A stretch of DNA of 64,000 nucleotides from Amoebidium appalachense (GCA_963693365.1 CAVNZM010000007.1:6941962-7005961), one strand, 5' to 3'; numbered from the stretch's first letter, positions 1 to 44,425 are shown. A program made the numbers and translations. Notes: generated by a model from the sequence alone, not told the origin.

Positions 1-57
1 CTTCAGCCTCTTCACCCTTTCTATGGTCCTCGTCTCTCCCGCCTTTCCCTGTCCTCC

Positions 58-88
<31 letters not shown>

Positions 89-104
89 ACACAGACACAG
101 GCAA

Positions 105-185
<81 letters not shown>

Positions 186-337
186 CAAACACCCACACAA
201 ACACACACACACACCTACCCCATCATCCCACACCCCAACCCAATCCCTCTTGCTTTCCCAATAAAGGTCTTGAGTTGTCTGTCGAGCGCTACAGGTCAGC
301 TGAATTTTTTCCTGCATGAATGTGTGTGTGTGTATGT

Positions 338-387
<50 letters not shown>

Positions 388-436
388 GTGTGTGTGCTTA
401 TATAGGTATGTATGTGTGTGTGTGTATGAATGCATG

Positions 437-475
<39 letters not shown>

Positions 476-505
476 GTCAGCACACTCACATTAATTTCTC
501 TACAG

Positions 506-601
506 TCATCTGCAGGTGCACAGCCAGCCAGCAACCTCAAGTTGAAGCCAGTCAGCAGCACGGGTATGGTCCATGCAAATAGCATTGAGGTAAGTCCCCC
601 C

Positions 602-660
<59 letters not shown>

Positions 661-700
661 GACAGACACACTCGCGCGCGCACGCGGCGCACACACACGC

Positions 701-770
<70 letters not shown>

Positions 771-979
771 ATACACACACACACACCTCCCTCCATCCCC
801 CCCCCCCTCCCCCCCCCCCGTTCCCCGCCCCATTTCCCGGGCACACCAACCCCCTCGAGGTATGCTTTACCTGGTGCATTTCCTGCGCGCATAGCATGCA
901 TCACCCCCCCCCCCCCCCCCCCCCCCCCCCTTCCAAAAAAAAAAAAAAAAAAAAAAACGTTTTGCTCACACATGTTTCC

Positions 980-1012
<33 letters not shown>

Positions 1013-1211
1013 GGGGGGGGGGGGGGGGGAGGGGGTGCTCTTGGTTGTCTATTCAAGCTTCGTCCGAGTCTTTTACTGCTTAAACTTGATGTCGTTTTCC
1101 GTTTATCTTGGTACACGCACATTAGCAACCCTCCCTCCACCAACCTCGCCACCCACTCACCCACCCACCCACCTCCATCCACCCCTCCCACACACACAAA
1201 CACACACACAA

Positions 1212-1242
<31 letters not shown>

Positions 1243-1806
1243 ACCCCCCTACATTGGTCATTGCTGAAGTATACACATGCAGGCAAGCACACCCCGGCAC
1301 ACACACACAAACTCTCATGCTCAGGCACGCACAATTACACATTCCTGCCCCGTTATGTTCTCACCTTCCCACACCTTATCCGAAACCCACACACAGTTTC
1401 CCCCTTTCTCTTCCCCGTCGGCTTCCATCCCTTCCACGCCAAGGCCAGCACACACAAACTTGCGTAAACACACACACACACACATTCACTCACATACACA
1501 CTCCCTATCCTCCGTTTCCCTCCCGTTGATTACACACACGCACATACACACACATGCCCATGGACACACACACACACACACACACGTACAGCTTGGTTCA
1601 GAGCAAGATGGTGATTTCGAAGATGTGCCATTGGAGTTGCAACCAGAGACACTCACCGTACCCGGCCTACTGAGCCCACGATCAGGTATTAATACTTTCT
1701 TCTCCCCCCCCCCCCCCCCCCCCCCCCCCAACACACACACACATGATTTTTTCTTTTGCTTCCATCCCTCTTTGCATATCCTACCCTCCCCCTCCCTCCC
1801 CCTCAT

Positions 1807-1837
<31 letters not shown>

Positions 1838-2237
1838 ACCCCCTCCCCTCCCCCCCCCCCAGCGCCCTGCGGGGGGTGAAACTGTCGACACTCGGGTACT
1901 GTGGTTGACTTTGGCCCTCCCTGAGGATGGGCTGTGTTTATGATGCATACTCTTGTGTGTCCTCTGGCTGCATTGTGTTGTCCGTCGGGAATGTGTTATA
2001 CTTAATACTCTGTAGCGCATTCTAACCCCCCCCCCCCCCTCCCCCCCCCCCCCCCCCCCCCCTCCCTCCTTCGCCCCCACTTTCGGGGTTTTTCACCCCC
2101 ACTTTTTCCTCATTACCACCCTCCTTGCACACCCCCTGCCCCCGTCCCCCCTCTCCCCCCGCGGGGCAGCTCCCAGTTGCCTGACTTACTTCCACCAATA
2201 CACACTCTTATTTTCATTCCCCTTTCCCAATACACAG

Positions 2238-2281
<44 letters not shown>

Positions 2282-2899
2282 AAAAAAAAAAAAAAAACAC
2301 CACGACAACCATATGCACTACAAGGCAAGGCAGTCTCAATCTACACACCCCACACTCACCACCCGCACACCACAACCACACACCCCAACACCAACTCACG
2401 TTTGCATGCACATGCGCCCGTGTGCCTGCACGAACACACACGCATACGCACACACACATCCCCCCCGCCCTCCCCCCCCAAAGACACACACACACACACA
2501 CACACACACACAAGGGACTACACAAACACACATGCACACCGATGCACACACACACACACAGACAGACAGACAGCGCGCGCGCGCTAAGGCACACACACGT
2601 TCACACTGTTGACGGAGGCAGGTGGCGATGTTAATTTTTTTTCCGGGGGGGGGGGGGGGGGGGGGGGTAGGGGGGATGTGACTCCTTTCTAACAACTCCC
2701 TCAAGCACCAGCACAACCAGCCCTCCCCCTCCCCCCTCTCTCGGCCCCTCTCCACTCCCTTTCTCTCTCTCTCTCTCTCTCTCCCCCCCCCCCTCCCCCC
2801 CCCCTCCCCCCCCCTCTCGGCCCCTCTCCACTCCCTTTCTCTCCCTCCCCCCCCCCCCCCCCCCTCTCTCGGCCCCTCTCCACTCCCTTTCTCTCCCTC

Positions 2900-2935
<36 letters not shown>

Positions 2936-4210
2936 CCCCCCTCCGCCCCTCTCACCCACCCCAAACTTCATGTCAGATCCACCGAGAAGAATGACTGCGC
3001 CTCTGTGTATGTGTTTGTAACATACACCTCGGGAGATCTTAAATTTTGTGCCGAAACCAAATTTGCATATAATAAGGACCCCCCTCCCCCCCCCCCCCCC
3101 CCCGCCCTGCCCCGTGGGGGGCCGCCCACACACCCCTTGCCTAATATAATTGTTGTTTTTGCAGACTCAACGCGCACCCCCACCGCATTATTCCGGCGAA
3201 TAACGAGTCAAGGTAGCGTAAGTGATGGGACGAAATTTCTGCGAAAATCTAGCGTGGGCACAGTAAATGCTTCCCATACACAGGCCGAAAAGCAAGGGGG
3301 GATGGGATCCTTCGTAGGCACGGCAAGCGTTCCCGGGGGTCTAAACGAAAATTTACAAAAACAAGATTCCGGTGTACACCCACGGCACTCACATTCCGCG
3401 ACCGTCCTTCCATCTAGAGGCAACGTGGCTCGGAGCTCGGACACTACGGACGACCACAGTACGCAAAGAATCTTGAGTTTTGGGTCGGCTTTCGAAACGG
3501 TTCAACTAAACAGTTCGACACATACACCGTATGCCCATTTGAGCGGCGGGCGATTAGCGGAAGAGATAGTAGAATTTACGATTACGAGAGATGGAAAAGC
3601 GCATTTGGGTGTGGAATTGGCGGTGGTAGGTAGTGACATTTTTGTCACGTGTGTGTGGAGACATTGGCCGGCTTATCGGGCCGGGTTACGGTTCGGAGAC
3701 CAGGTGCTTCGAATCGATAATATTGCTGTGAGGGGGTTACCTTTAAAGGACGTTAACGTACTCCTCGAGGCAAAGCCGCGGGTAACTATTCGGGTCAGGT
3801 CACACCCCTACGAAACCACCGTCTCCATGGAGAGGAGGATGGAGAAGGGTAAACTTGAACTGCTGGGGTTAACTTTTCTGGCGGGGGTGGTCATCAAGGT
3901 GGTGCCGCAGACGCCCGCGGATCGTGCAGGCCGCGATCTGCTCAATCACATCATACTTGCCATAAATGGAAAGCCAGTGCTGGGTTTACCGGACGCCTAC
4001 CTAGTTCGGGAATTCATCGCCAGCGGCGCCATGGTAAGCATCAGCATAATGAGCCTGACGCAATTCCGAACCCTGGTGGCGACCAAGGAGGATTTGCAGC
4101 GAATGACCCGGTCAGCCATCTTGGACTATTTGATTGATCAGTGTGTGACGAAGGGTTTGAACGTCACATCACAGCCCCCACCATCCATCCACGTATTCTC
4201 CTCTTGCTGA
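506..4210 (+). CDS. SDCBP: Syntenin-like tandem-PDZ protein with a long low-complexity N-terminus (5' end not located, possibly upstream of the window)
   Basis: Phase-compatible GT-AG exons at 506-589, 1592-1685, 2977-3006 and 3165-4210 (TGA). The last exon encodes two PDZ domains with syntenin hallmarks: [86 protein letters not shown]. Orthology judged by eye. Confidence 0.8.
2737..2900. repeat. Intronic triplication of CTCTCGGCCCCTCTCCACTCCCTTTTCTCTC separated by poly-C
   Basis: Three copies visible at about 2737, 2814 and 2866. Confidence 0.8.
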
Positions 4211-5041
4211 TTGCTAACACCCCCCCCCCCCCCCCCCCCCCCCTCCCTTCCCCCCCTACACACACACACCACCACCACCACCACCATTTTTTTTCCCCCT
4301 TGCCCGAAGCCCCCCACCCCTTCACCCCATCCTCTTTCCTACCTTGCCTGTTTTCCGTTCAATTCCGTAATGTGGTATTTTCTCGAAAATTCTGTGGTTT
4401 TCCGCCAATAATTCCAGTGGGTGGTTCTTATTTTCTCACCTTTCCCCCCTTTTCTTTTCTTTTTGGTTCTTTTCTTTTCTTTTCTTTTCGTTGATTTAAT
4501 GGTTAGATATTCCTTGTGAAGGAATTGGTTGTTCGTGCTCGAAAGGGAAAGCCTTGTATGACTAATGTTGACTCCTAATGGTTCGTACTCGCAAATTGAG
4601 TTTCTTGTCCTAAATTGTAATTTCAGGTTGTGGTTACTGAGATAAAAATCATGATGTTGCCTGATAAACCAGGAGATAAACCCGTAAAAAAGACACAGGA
4701 ATCTGGTCCCGGGGAAATCGAGAAAGTATTCGGAAATCGAATTTTGGAATAAGAGTAGGCACTGCCGGCCAGATGCCTTGCAATTAATTGTATCATACCT
4801 GCTGTGATTTATGCAGGGACTCCATTGGTTGATTTAATTTAAATTCATGGACCCCCGTAACAAATGGTAATTACTCATTTATTTGGATAATCGTAGATAC
4901 CGATTATCCCAAGACGGCATCTCAAGGCCACTACAATGTAATTATAAATAAAATATCTGACACGAAACCGGTACCTTCAGTATCGACCTCCAACATAGAC
5001 ATCGTGTGTGGCTGTGTGCGTGTTGTGTGTGTGTGTGTTTG

Positions 5042-5092
<51 letters not shown>

Positions 5093-5117
5093 GTGTGTGT
5101 GTTTGTGGGTGTGCGTG

Positions 5118-5161
<44 letters not shown>

Positions 5162-5220
5162 TGTGAGTGTTTCAGATGCCAGTGTACGTGTATGTGTGTG
5201 TATTTATGCATTTGCGCGTG

Positions 5221-5261
<41 letters not shown>

Positions 5262-5312
5262 AATTTGCAGTGTTCTGTTGTCGTTGTTTGGGTAGGAGGG
5301 AGGGGGGGGGGG

Positions 5313-5347
<35 letters not shown>

Positions 5348-5816
5348 GGTATTCGGATAACGTGTGTAACACTTGCAATTGGTGTGTCTACGCTCAGGCT
5401 GAGCCCGAGATTCACATGTCGTGGTCACCCGAATCAACTCCATGCAGAACGTTCTTACGGACAGGGAGATATTGAAGGCTTGCACAAGCACAATTACAAT
5501 TTTCGACCTTGATCATGAGTGTTTGATCGATCACTGACAGGGGAGGTGAATATCTATCAACAAGACTCGGTAGTATCCATCTACCCCCCCCCCCCCCCCC
5601 TCCCCCCCCCCCCCCCCCCTCCCCTTCCCCCCCCGCCCCAACACACACACACACATGCACACACACACGCCTCTCCCCCCGCCCCCGGCCCTCCTCCCAA
5701 AAAAAAAAAAAAACACATGTACGTACCTTTCTTCCAAAAATCTAACGGAAATAGGACAAAGAGGGAGGGAGGGAGGGGAGGGCGGCCTGGGTGGGTGGGT
5801 GGGTGAGTGCACATGT

Positions 5817-5879
<63 letters not shown>

Positions 5880-6946
5880 GCACGGTCATGCAGACCTTCC
5901 TATCTTGATCTAATAATACAATCTGATAGCATGTATATTCTTAATTTTCTAGTTTTATAAAACCTACTGTGCACATTGACTAACTCACTCATATTAATAG
6001 CTACCCATCCACCCAGTGGCACACCCCCACTTAAGCACCCTGAGTCACATCCCTAACTGTGCTTGCACACACACGCACCATACGTATACCGAGCTATGAA
6101 CAGCTAATAAAATTATTAATTATATGCATAGGGGGGAATCTTCTATCTATATTCCCGCTTTCGAGAGGGGGGGTGGGGGGGGGAGGGCCGGAGGGGTCTA
6201 AATAAGAAGGATTCATGTATCCGACGGAGTTATTTATTTTTTAACACTACTATTTTCGTCAAAAATTATTCTCTGCCTGGAGTTGAAGTACACCGTACCC
6301 ATTAGGCACCCCCAGGACGATAAAAAGTCTCACAACAAAAGGGGACTTTGATACATCGCAAAGTCCCAACGAATTTACAGTGATAATTGACCTGGAAAAT
6401 GAATTTTTTGTCTACTGGTGTAGGGCAAGGGCGAGTTGTTGAGTCCCTCAGTGAATGATTCACGAACATATTATAAGACAAAAAACCCCCAACGAAGAGA
6501 GAGTTCTTCGGGAAAAAAATTGCAACTTTCAGGAAAATCGGGGCTCAGATAATCTACTGCCATACCCGAAAAAAACATTCAACCTTCATTCATCATCATG
6601 CGTCTAGATACACACGTGGCTCTTTAACTAAGAGGAAGACAACTGACTAGGATCATTTAAAGAGCAATTGCAACGCCTAAAAATGGACATTGTCCGCATA
6701 TGGGCAAAGCCAATAGTTGGACTAGACATTCGTGCCATTTAAACTGTTAAAAAAGGGGGTTTATCCGCGCAAATGAAAAAAGTGTAAAAAACAAACCAGG
6801 CCACGGCCATACCCTATTTCTTTCACAATTACCGAAATTTCTGTGTGTTACGAACCCCCCCACAACAACCGAAAGAGTGATACAACCCCTCCACACACTC
6901 ACCGAAATTTCAGAATAATACGAAATCCCACACATTTCCCAAAATT

Positions 6947-16741
<9,795 letters not shown>

Positions 16742-18559
16742 TTTTGAAGTTGCTGCGTGCCCCTCCGCTTTTTGCGTGTAGAGTAGGGTTAAGCCAGCGG
16801 AGCTGAACTGGGGAATATTAAAGTATGAGGATGATACGAGATGATACGGGCTGCAGGGCGTATATTTTAGGAAACCCCAGCCCGGCCCACATTGACAAAC
16901 ATGAAATAAGAATCCTCAACTTCAACACCTAACAGAACACGAACTTTGTGCTACTTACAACGCACACACATATTATATTTGTGGAAATAAAGGTGCTTAG
17001 CTTAGGCTCGGACTGAGGACTAAACACTGTTGCTAGGAATAAGCACACTATGATCTGGAAACAGGTAGCCCAGTGAAGCTGGAAAACTACGTATACACTA
17101 GTTCGGATTGCTTATGTAAATTTTCGTATGTTTTTGCTTCGCTCTAAAAATCCGATGACGTAATGAAGGGCTGGCGGAAGGGCTACTCATATACCAAATG
17201 ACGCTTTAAGTGATCAAAGTTTAAAATATGAACAAGAAACATGTTTTGGTCAACTAATTAACATTTTTATAACGCGACACACATTTATTGTATAAGCAAC
17301 ATGGGGTGTCCGCCGCTTATTTTATGGTGAAAACTAGAAAAAACTATGATTTTGTCATAGGCGATCGGCCAAGGCCCTGACAGTCGGAGGCTTAGGCGGA
17401 CGGATTTTGGCCGATTCTGACGATATAGGAAGCGTCGGACATCCCCGACACCCTATGTCATTATTACGCGCTTTTTTATGTCCGACAACTTTTCATAATA
17501 AACCAAAGCCGGTTTTCAAAGTAAAAAAGAGTGAAACATGCACCTCAGAGCCTTTATATCTGCGCCTCAGCCCCGATCGGGTGAGGGCAGCCCTTACCCT
17601 AGCCCTTTCAGAAAGTGAGGCCAATCAGATGATCCGAATCCTGCAGGTAAGCCATATAAGGTTACCCAGACAAATTCCAATGGGAATTCCGAACTAGTGT
17701 ATACTATACACGGCGGGACAAAAAAACGAGTTTCAAAGGTGACTTCGAAGTTCGAACTTCCGCAGTCAGCCAAATCGAAACAACGCAGACGGCAATATGT
17801 TGTGATCACATCCTGGCTTTTATTGAATCACGTCGGAAATCTTAATCAAGCGCACCCTTCAGGCTTTCCCAACCCGGATACCAGACATCCCCAAAGAAAA
17901 ACGAAAGAACAGCAGCTGCTTGTAAAGGAAGGGAGTAATGAACTAATGCGCTTTGGTAATTTTATACTCTTTTTTAAAAGAAAATCGCTCTTTTAAGGAC
18001 CAGTTGTGTAGACCTATAGGGGTTTACACACTTTTTATTGCGTGGACCTATATATGCAGCCGGTAACCCCCTGAGAACTGACTGCTAGTCTCTGTAGGGT
18101 TTGAGTCTTCAAATTGTTCAGAGTATTCAATTGGTAAAATATCAGGCAGCTCATTAGTTATCCAATCGCAAGTGTGTGGTTGGTCTTATCCAATCCATTA
18201 GAGGCGTCGCACATTCCTTCTACTGAACCGATTTGAAATTTTCGCGATCTCTCCCGGAAAAGGCAAAACACACAAAAGGAGCATGGCACACGGAAAGAAA
18301 GGCAGGAAACGCAAAAAAGGCTACACGCGTACGTGCGTCTGTTAACCAAGAAGGCAAAGTTTTCTTTTTGTTTACCGCAGTCAAGCTGTACCCGAAGCAC
18401 CTGTAGGGTCCAAATCTTTTTTGTTTTTGAAACAGCACGTCCACTCCTGCAATGCTTGCACTTCAACACTGAAACTCGGACCGTTTGAGTACTTACCCAG
18501 TGTTTATGGCAACGGATCTTCAATAAAAAGCCATTGTTCTATCTTTTGACAACGCTAAA

Positions 18560-23015
<4,456 letters not shown>

Positions 23016-23398
23016 GACCCCCCCTTTTCACCATGCATGATCATCGATTTAACTTCAATATTACTATTTTTATAATTATATTTTATTTCACTTGATATTT
23101 ATTGGAGGGGGGGGGGGGGAGGGGGGGGGGGAGGTGGGTGGCTTGGGATTTTGTGAATGAGCGATGCAATGTACAGTCAACAAACATTTTCTTTAATAAA
23201 AATTTCCACGTAGAATTAGAATGACAACAGGTAATAAAGATCACACATGTGCATGTGTGCGCATGCAACCACAGATTACTGCTCTGTCCGTCGACTCTTA
23301 ACTCTGCCTTTCTGTGTTATCGTTGAGGAGTACTAGTGAATGTGCACGTGTGGTGTGTGTGCACGTGTGTGTGTACGTGTGTGTCTGTGTGTGGTGTG

Positions 23399-23447
<49 letters not shown>

Positions 23448-24279
23448 GTGGTTTTTTTTTTGTCTTTTTTTTTGTGTGTGTTTGTATTTGTGGGGGGGGG
23501 AAAGGGGGGGGGGGGGGGGGGGGCACATTACACCAGTGGACTCACGACACGTACGCGTGTTTACTCCATACAGCTGCACACTGTGCCGAATAAACAAATT
23601 AATCATATCATTCATATGGGGACCTAAGCAGATATCAAGTACATGCAAAGACTATGACTATGATGGTTATAATATTGTGCTATTTTCCGCATTTTCGGTG
23701 GTGTTTTTTGTTAGCTTTATGGGAAAAACAATCAAAGAAAAGGGAAAAAAAGAACCCAAACCAACAAAACGAAGGGAATGGCCACAAGTTCTCGCTGTTA
23801 AGCAGAAAGTCAATCAACCAACCAACCGCATACACATGTAAGACATTGAGCCTCACTACTATATGTAGCTACGCAGGCAACCAATCAGTGATAGGTTTAA
23901 AAAAATTGGGAAATTCGGTTTCAAAGTCCACGTATATGCTTGAAAACGTTCGTGATGGTATAGCACCCATCCCCGAAAAAACCACTCACAAAAGATATAT
24001 ACATGCGACATATACAGCTGCTGCAACTCCACGTTTTATGATACACCTAAAGCCAGCATCGTGTAGTAAGAACTGAACTACAAAGCCACACAACACACGC
24101 AAACACAAAACACGTACACACACAAAATTAATCAGCACGTTAACTCGGTTTAAGGGGCCGGAAGATTTAAGCTTGTAGGTGAGGCACCAATTGTCGATAC
24201 TTGTGGAAACACGTGCTCATAGCTACTTCCCCCACCCCATTCCCTCCCCCCTTTCCACTCTTTCTCGTCCTCCCCCAAT

Positions 24280-24336
<57 letters not shown>

Positions 24337-24398
24337 CACACACAATGTCATTCACACACACATACACACATACACCCGCCCACCCACTCACCCCCCCC

Positions 24399-24429
<31 letters not shown>

Positions 24430-24456
24430 GCACACGCACACGCACGCGTGCGCGCG

Positions 24457-24499
<43 letters not shown>

Positions 24500-24571
24500 C
24501 CCCCCCCCCCCCCCCCCCCTCCCCCCACACACAGAGAGAGAGAGAGACACACGGAAAAAAAAGAGAAAACC

Positions 24572-29461
<4,890 letters not shown>

Positions 29462-29992
29462 CTACTGAGGTGACTCGTATTTTTCCTTACACACACAGCG
29501 AACACTGGACTCTCGGGACCGTAGAGCCGCCGCGAGAGAAAGCATGCACGCGGTCGCGAGAGTGTAAGGAAACAATAAATGGGTGTGAGGCGAACGGCAA
29601 GTTCATAGCAGCCCAGGCACCGTCAGTACGTGCCAGCAGATGTCACGGTGTCGAAGTTGCCGGACTCAACAAAAAGGGCGGAAAAATAAGCGATGATGAT
29701 TGGCTTACTTTATGTCGTTGTTCCCTTTTTTGGTGCTGGCTCAGCGCTTGCCCAATCAAAGGACGCCGTGTTTTGGGGCAGCACTGAGCAGCAGCAGCGA
29801 CACCAGCGCTGTCGACGTCCCACGTTTCAGCAGGCAGGGCTAAGTAAGGAGGAAGTAAAGGAAAGAAGAAAATCGAACCTTTCCCGTGACTTGCGTAAAC
29901 TCCAGCTACAGCACATCCATGTGACTAAAAACTGAAAACATTAGCAGGAAAACTGCGTTCTTTTTTCTTTTTTACCCACGCCAACGTTCAGC

Positions 29993-30100
29993 ATGGAGCC
30001 TGAAAACCCTGAGTCTGCCCCGGACGTGGTACCTTCTGTTATGGGTGCCACCCTGCGAACAACTTGCAATGAGGTAGCCGAATACCAGCCCAGCCCCCCC

Positions 30101-30138
<38 letters not shown>

Positions 30139-32654
30139 CCCTCTCCCCCCCCTCCCCCCCCCACCCCCCCCCCCAATTCCCCCTTCTCCCCTCCCCGCCC
30201 CTCTTTTGTTGCTCCTGCCGCGCTTTCCTTTCTCTCCCTTCCTTCCTTCCTCCCGTCCTACTCCCTGACTCGCTAAGTGCTTTCTTAAATTTAATTCCTC
30301 CATATCCTTAACCCCTATTTTCCGCTCTCTTCCTCCTCCCCGCCTGCCCGTTCGTTCACTTTATTAAACAAATAGCAGCAACACACACCTTCCGATTAAT
30401 ATTTTCTAAACAACCGGTTTTGCAACTAGCACATATATCTCCACATGGCACACTGATAGAAAAAAATCTCAACCGGTTTTGCAACTAGCACATATATCTC
30501 CACATGGCACACTGATAAATAGCACTCACTTTCCAACACCAAACCCGCAGGAAAAAGTGCACACCGCAATTCCAAGCGAATACGCAACCTACTTGACGGA
30601 CCCAAGCGACTTTTCCTTTTGCATGCGGGAAGGCGCTCAGGGTTATCTCGAGAGCGGAGAACACACACCCGACGAGTATCTGCTAGTGGGACTTTTGCAC
30701 TTCTTCCATGGTTTTCCGCACGTGTGGAAGAAAATTCCAGAGGAGAGGATGGGCGAGCTGTCACGACAGATAGTTGAACTGGTGGGGTTGGTGGGGAAGG
30801 CAATATCTAATGGGTGGTGGGAGGACGAGGCAAGAATTTCAAAGGAGGTCGACATAGAGCAGGTGGGTGGGACAACACCATACTTTGGCCTCTTTTTTGT
30901 TGTTGTTGTTCCCTGGCCCCTTTTTTATTAGAGGGGGAGGGGAGGGGGAGGGGGTGGGAAGGGGGGGGAGGGGGGTAAAGGCTTGGACTGGGATACGGGT
31001 GAATGGGTGAGTGGGGGGGGTTGGGACGTGGGGATGGTGAATGTGCAGTGGTGTGTGTGTGGGGGGGTAGGGGGGGGTGGGGGGAGGGAGGGGAGGGAAT
31101 GAGAGGTGTTTGTGGGTGGACATTGAACAATTAGAACTTTTTTTTTCTTTCCCTCCCCTCCCTGCCTCTCGCTCCCATTTCGCCCCCTCCCTCATCCCCA
31201 CCACCCACAACTCATCTCCCTCCCTCTCCTCATCTCCATCACTTGCTATCTTGGTCTCATCTCTCCCCCTCATCACCCACACACACTCACAATCTCCTCC
31301 TCTCCTCTTTCTATCTCTCTATCTCTCTTTCTGTCTCTCCCTCCGCTGTCCCTCCATCCCCCCCCCCCCCCCCCCCCTCTCTCCCCCCCCCCCCATCTCT
31401 CTCTCTTCCCTCTCCCCTTGTACACCCCCCTCTCCCGTTGCGTGTGGGAGGGAGGGTAGGTAGGGGAGGCCGGGGGGGGGGGGGGGGGGGGGGGGGAGGG
31501 GTGTGGGAGAGGGGGAGGCGGATAGGGTTCTGTTATGTTCATTAACATGCACACTCACACACACACACACACTCACACGTACACACGCGCAGGGTTGGAG
31601 GTGGGCGTGGCACCCAGACTTCACGCTCATTAGGGAGGAAGTCGGGGCCGTAGCAACGACAATGGCGATCTCATCTGCCATGGCAACACTGTGTGCAGCG
31701 GTCCCATTCTGTGCATGTGCAAAGAGTGAAGAAGGTTCTGGAATGGACATAAAACCTACGGAATTTGAATTTTTCCCGCAGATGGTGCGAGAGATCATAC
31801 TTGCGAGCGGGTGTCATAAATCCGCGGAAGATTATTGGTTTGGGTGGTTGGAGGCGAATCTGTATCCCAAGACGGAAAATGAACACCTTTCGGCTCCATT
31901 TTTGGCACGTGCACAGGCAAGTGACTGGCAAAAAGAGATTGGTGAAAGGGTCAAAGCCCCTGAAACGCCAGTTGTACCCGCGGGAACACTACCTAAATGG
32001 GATAACGACAGGGAAAAGCCAAAATCCATGTTCAGATTTCTGGATTCTTTGTTAAGGGAATTTAGGGGTTGGCACGAGTCCCAAAAACCCCTACAGCAAA
32101 AGGAAAATCGGGAGAGGTGGAAGGGGCAGGAGTACATGTGGAAGCAATTGGAAGCCCTGAGGGAATCGTATCAGAGGGAGATTGATGAGATTTGCGCAAA
32201 ACGGAGGAGGGTTGAGGCCATGTTGGATGAGAGGAAGGAGGAGAGGGCAGACTGTGCTCTTGCACTGAAGGTGTGTGCGTGGGGAAGGGGCAAGGGGGGG
32301 AGGATGGGGAGGAGGAAGGAGAGGGGGTGAGGGGAAGGGGTGAAGAAGAGGAGGGGAGGGGGGAGGGAGATCGGATGGCAGGGGAAGGGGATGGGGGGGG
32401 GGGGGGGGAGGGGGGGGGGGGGGGGGGTTTACTTAGAATAATGTAGCAATGTTTTATTTGTAATAAGAAAAGGGGAAATGGTTGGAAAGGGGGAAAGGGG
32501 GGGGGGGGGGGGGGGGGGGGGGCGGGGGGATCAGGGCAATCGGATGAATGCTGCGGAAGAACAGCAAGAAAGGAGATTTGCTGGGTATGGGCGGGGAGGT
32601 GATATTTATTTTGTTCTGTCGTTTCTTTTCCTTTTTTTCTTTCTTTCTTTCTTT

Positions 32655-32728
<74 letters not shown>

Positions 32729-32815
32729 TGGTGGGGATGATCAGTAGTTCGGCAAGTGTGTGAATACAGCAAGAAAGGAGAAACATATCAGGATCTGGCT
32801 GTGTGTTGGGGTGAT

Positions 32816-32846
<31 letters not shown>

Positions 32847-33048
32847 GATGGTGTGTGTGTTTGGGGGGAGGGGGGGGGGGGGTAAGGTAACACCTGCAAA
32901 TGTTTAACCCTCCCCCGCTCCTCTCCCTCCGCCTTTACACACACACACACACACACAGACAACAGACACACACACACACACGCGCGCGCGCGCGCGCGCA
33001 CACGCACACGCACACGCGCACACTCACGCGCACACGGACACGCACACA

Positions 33049-33103
<55 letters not shown>

Positions 33104-33186
33104 ACATACACACACACACTCAGGTTGTGGAGGCATTGAGGTTGCATCGGTCGAGGCTTTTGGCTGTTCCTGCTGCTGGCTTGTGA
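29993..33186 (+). CDS. Gene B: uncharacterised protein with a W-x-W-x-WHP domain and coiled coil; paralogue of the N-terminus of gene E
   Basis: Phase-0 exons at 29993-30073 (MEPENP..), 30551-30862 and 31593-32270 ([18 protein letters not shown]..), with a probable last exon at 33124-33186 ([20 protein letters not shown]). Confidence 0.72.
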
Positions 33187-33198
33187 TTTCATGCATAA

Positions 33199-33268
<70 letters not shown>

Positions 33269-33945
33269 TAATGGGTGTATGTAGAAGTTGTAGGGCGTGG
33301 GTCGTGTAGGCGAGCCATTTGCTTGGAATGCGGGACTGAGTATCCTGCTCTGTTCATATTGCACATTCAGTAAAACCACATTACTCACTAGATGAAATAG
33401 AATCGTGTTTTTAGCCTTCAGGGTGGGGTTTAAGTGGAATGAACCCCACTCTTTTGGTTGCTATCTGGAGAGAGTGTGTTTTCCGTTGACTCAGATTACC
33501 TCTTACTATGAATGTGTGTTGGTTTCACGTAACCAATCAGTGATTCTCGGCGCACTGATTCTAGATGACACTAGCATGTGTTCTTACCGAAAAGATGATT
33601 CTAGGTGCTTAGCCTTCGTTACCCTGTGGTAACGTGTAAATATATTCAACAGTGCACCGTGCCCTTTTAAACTTCCCGTTTGATAACTTCTTCCCTCCCC
33701 CCCCCCCCCCCCCCCCCCTGCGGGCCCCTTCCCTGCAAATTACCATCCCGTATCCCATCACCTTTGCTGCTAGGACACAGACAGCTCAGTCATGTAAACC
33801 ATCTGCCCCCTCTTTCTGCTCGTGCCTGTAAACACACACACACAAACACACACACACACAGTGCCACGCACACGCACACACATACACACATTCACAAAGA
33901 AAAGGCTCCCCCCCCCCCCCCCCAACCCCCAACCCCAACATCCAC

Positions 33946-33976
<31 letters not shown>

Positions 33977-33977
33977 T

Positions 33978-34013
<36 letters not shown>

Positions 34014-34169
34014 CTGGCCGGCCTGGCCGGGAGCAATCCTCTTTCCCAGTCCACGTCCATCGATCATTAGTCCCACGAAAGGGTGATGCATAACCACAAC
34101 GCACGTACATCACAAACACTGTGTACCACACAACAAAACTGCAAATCACCACAAGCAGTCACTAGTCCT

Positions 34170-44133
<9,964 letters not shown>

Positions 44134-44286
44134 TAAACCAATCGTGGCGATTTGTCAATTAACGAGGCCAAGGACGTTTTCTTAATTATTAAATGTATCT
44201 TTTTGTGTGTGCTTGTGTGCGAAGTTTGGTGTGCGTGTGTGTCTGTGCAAGTGCGCGTGCACGCTTGCGTGTTTGTGTGTGTGTGA

Positions 44287-44318
<32 letters not shown>

Positions 44319-44425
44319 GCTACGAACTCGAGAAGGCCATCCAATCAAAGCGAAGAATGAGCTAGAGTAAAGTTTAGACTCGGTCTGAGAAAAATCTAAA
44401 CTTTTATAAACTGACAGCATTCGTT

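Noticed and set aside
267-294. Candidate micro-exon upstream of the syntenin-like exons
   Set aside because: No phase-compatible, stop-free join to the exon at 506.
17373-17588. Imperfect ~26-bp inverted repeat in the TLDc-Hikeshi intergenic region
   Set aside because: Only about 70% identical with indels and no TSD, too weak to call a MITE.
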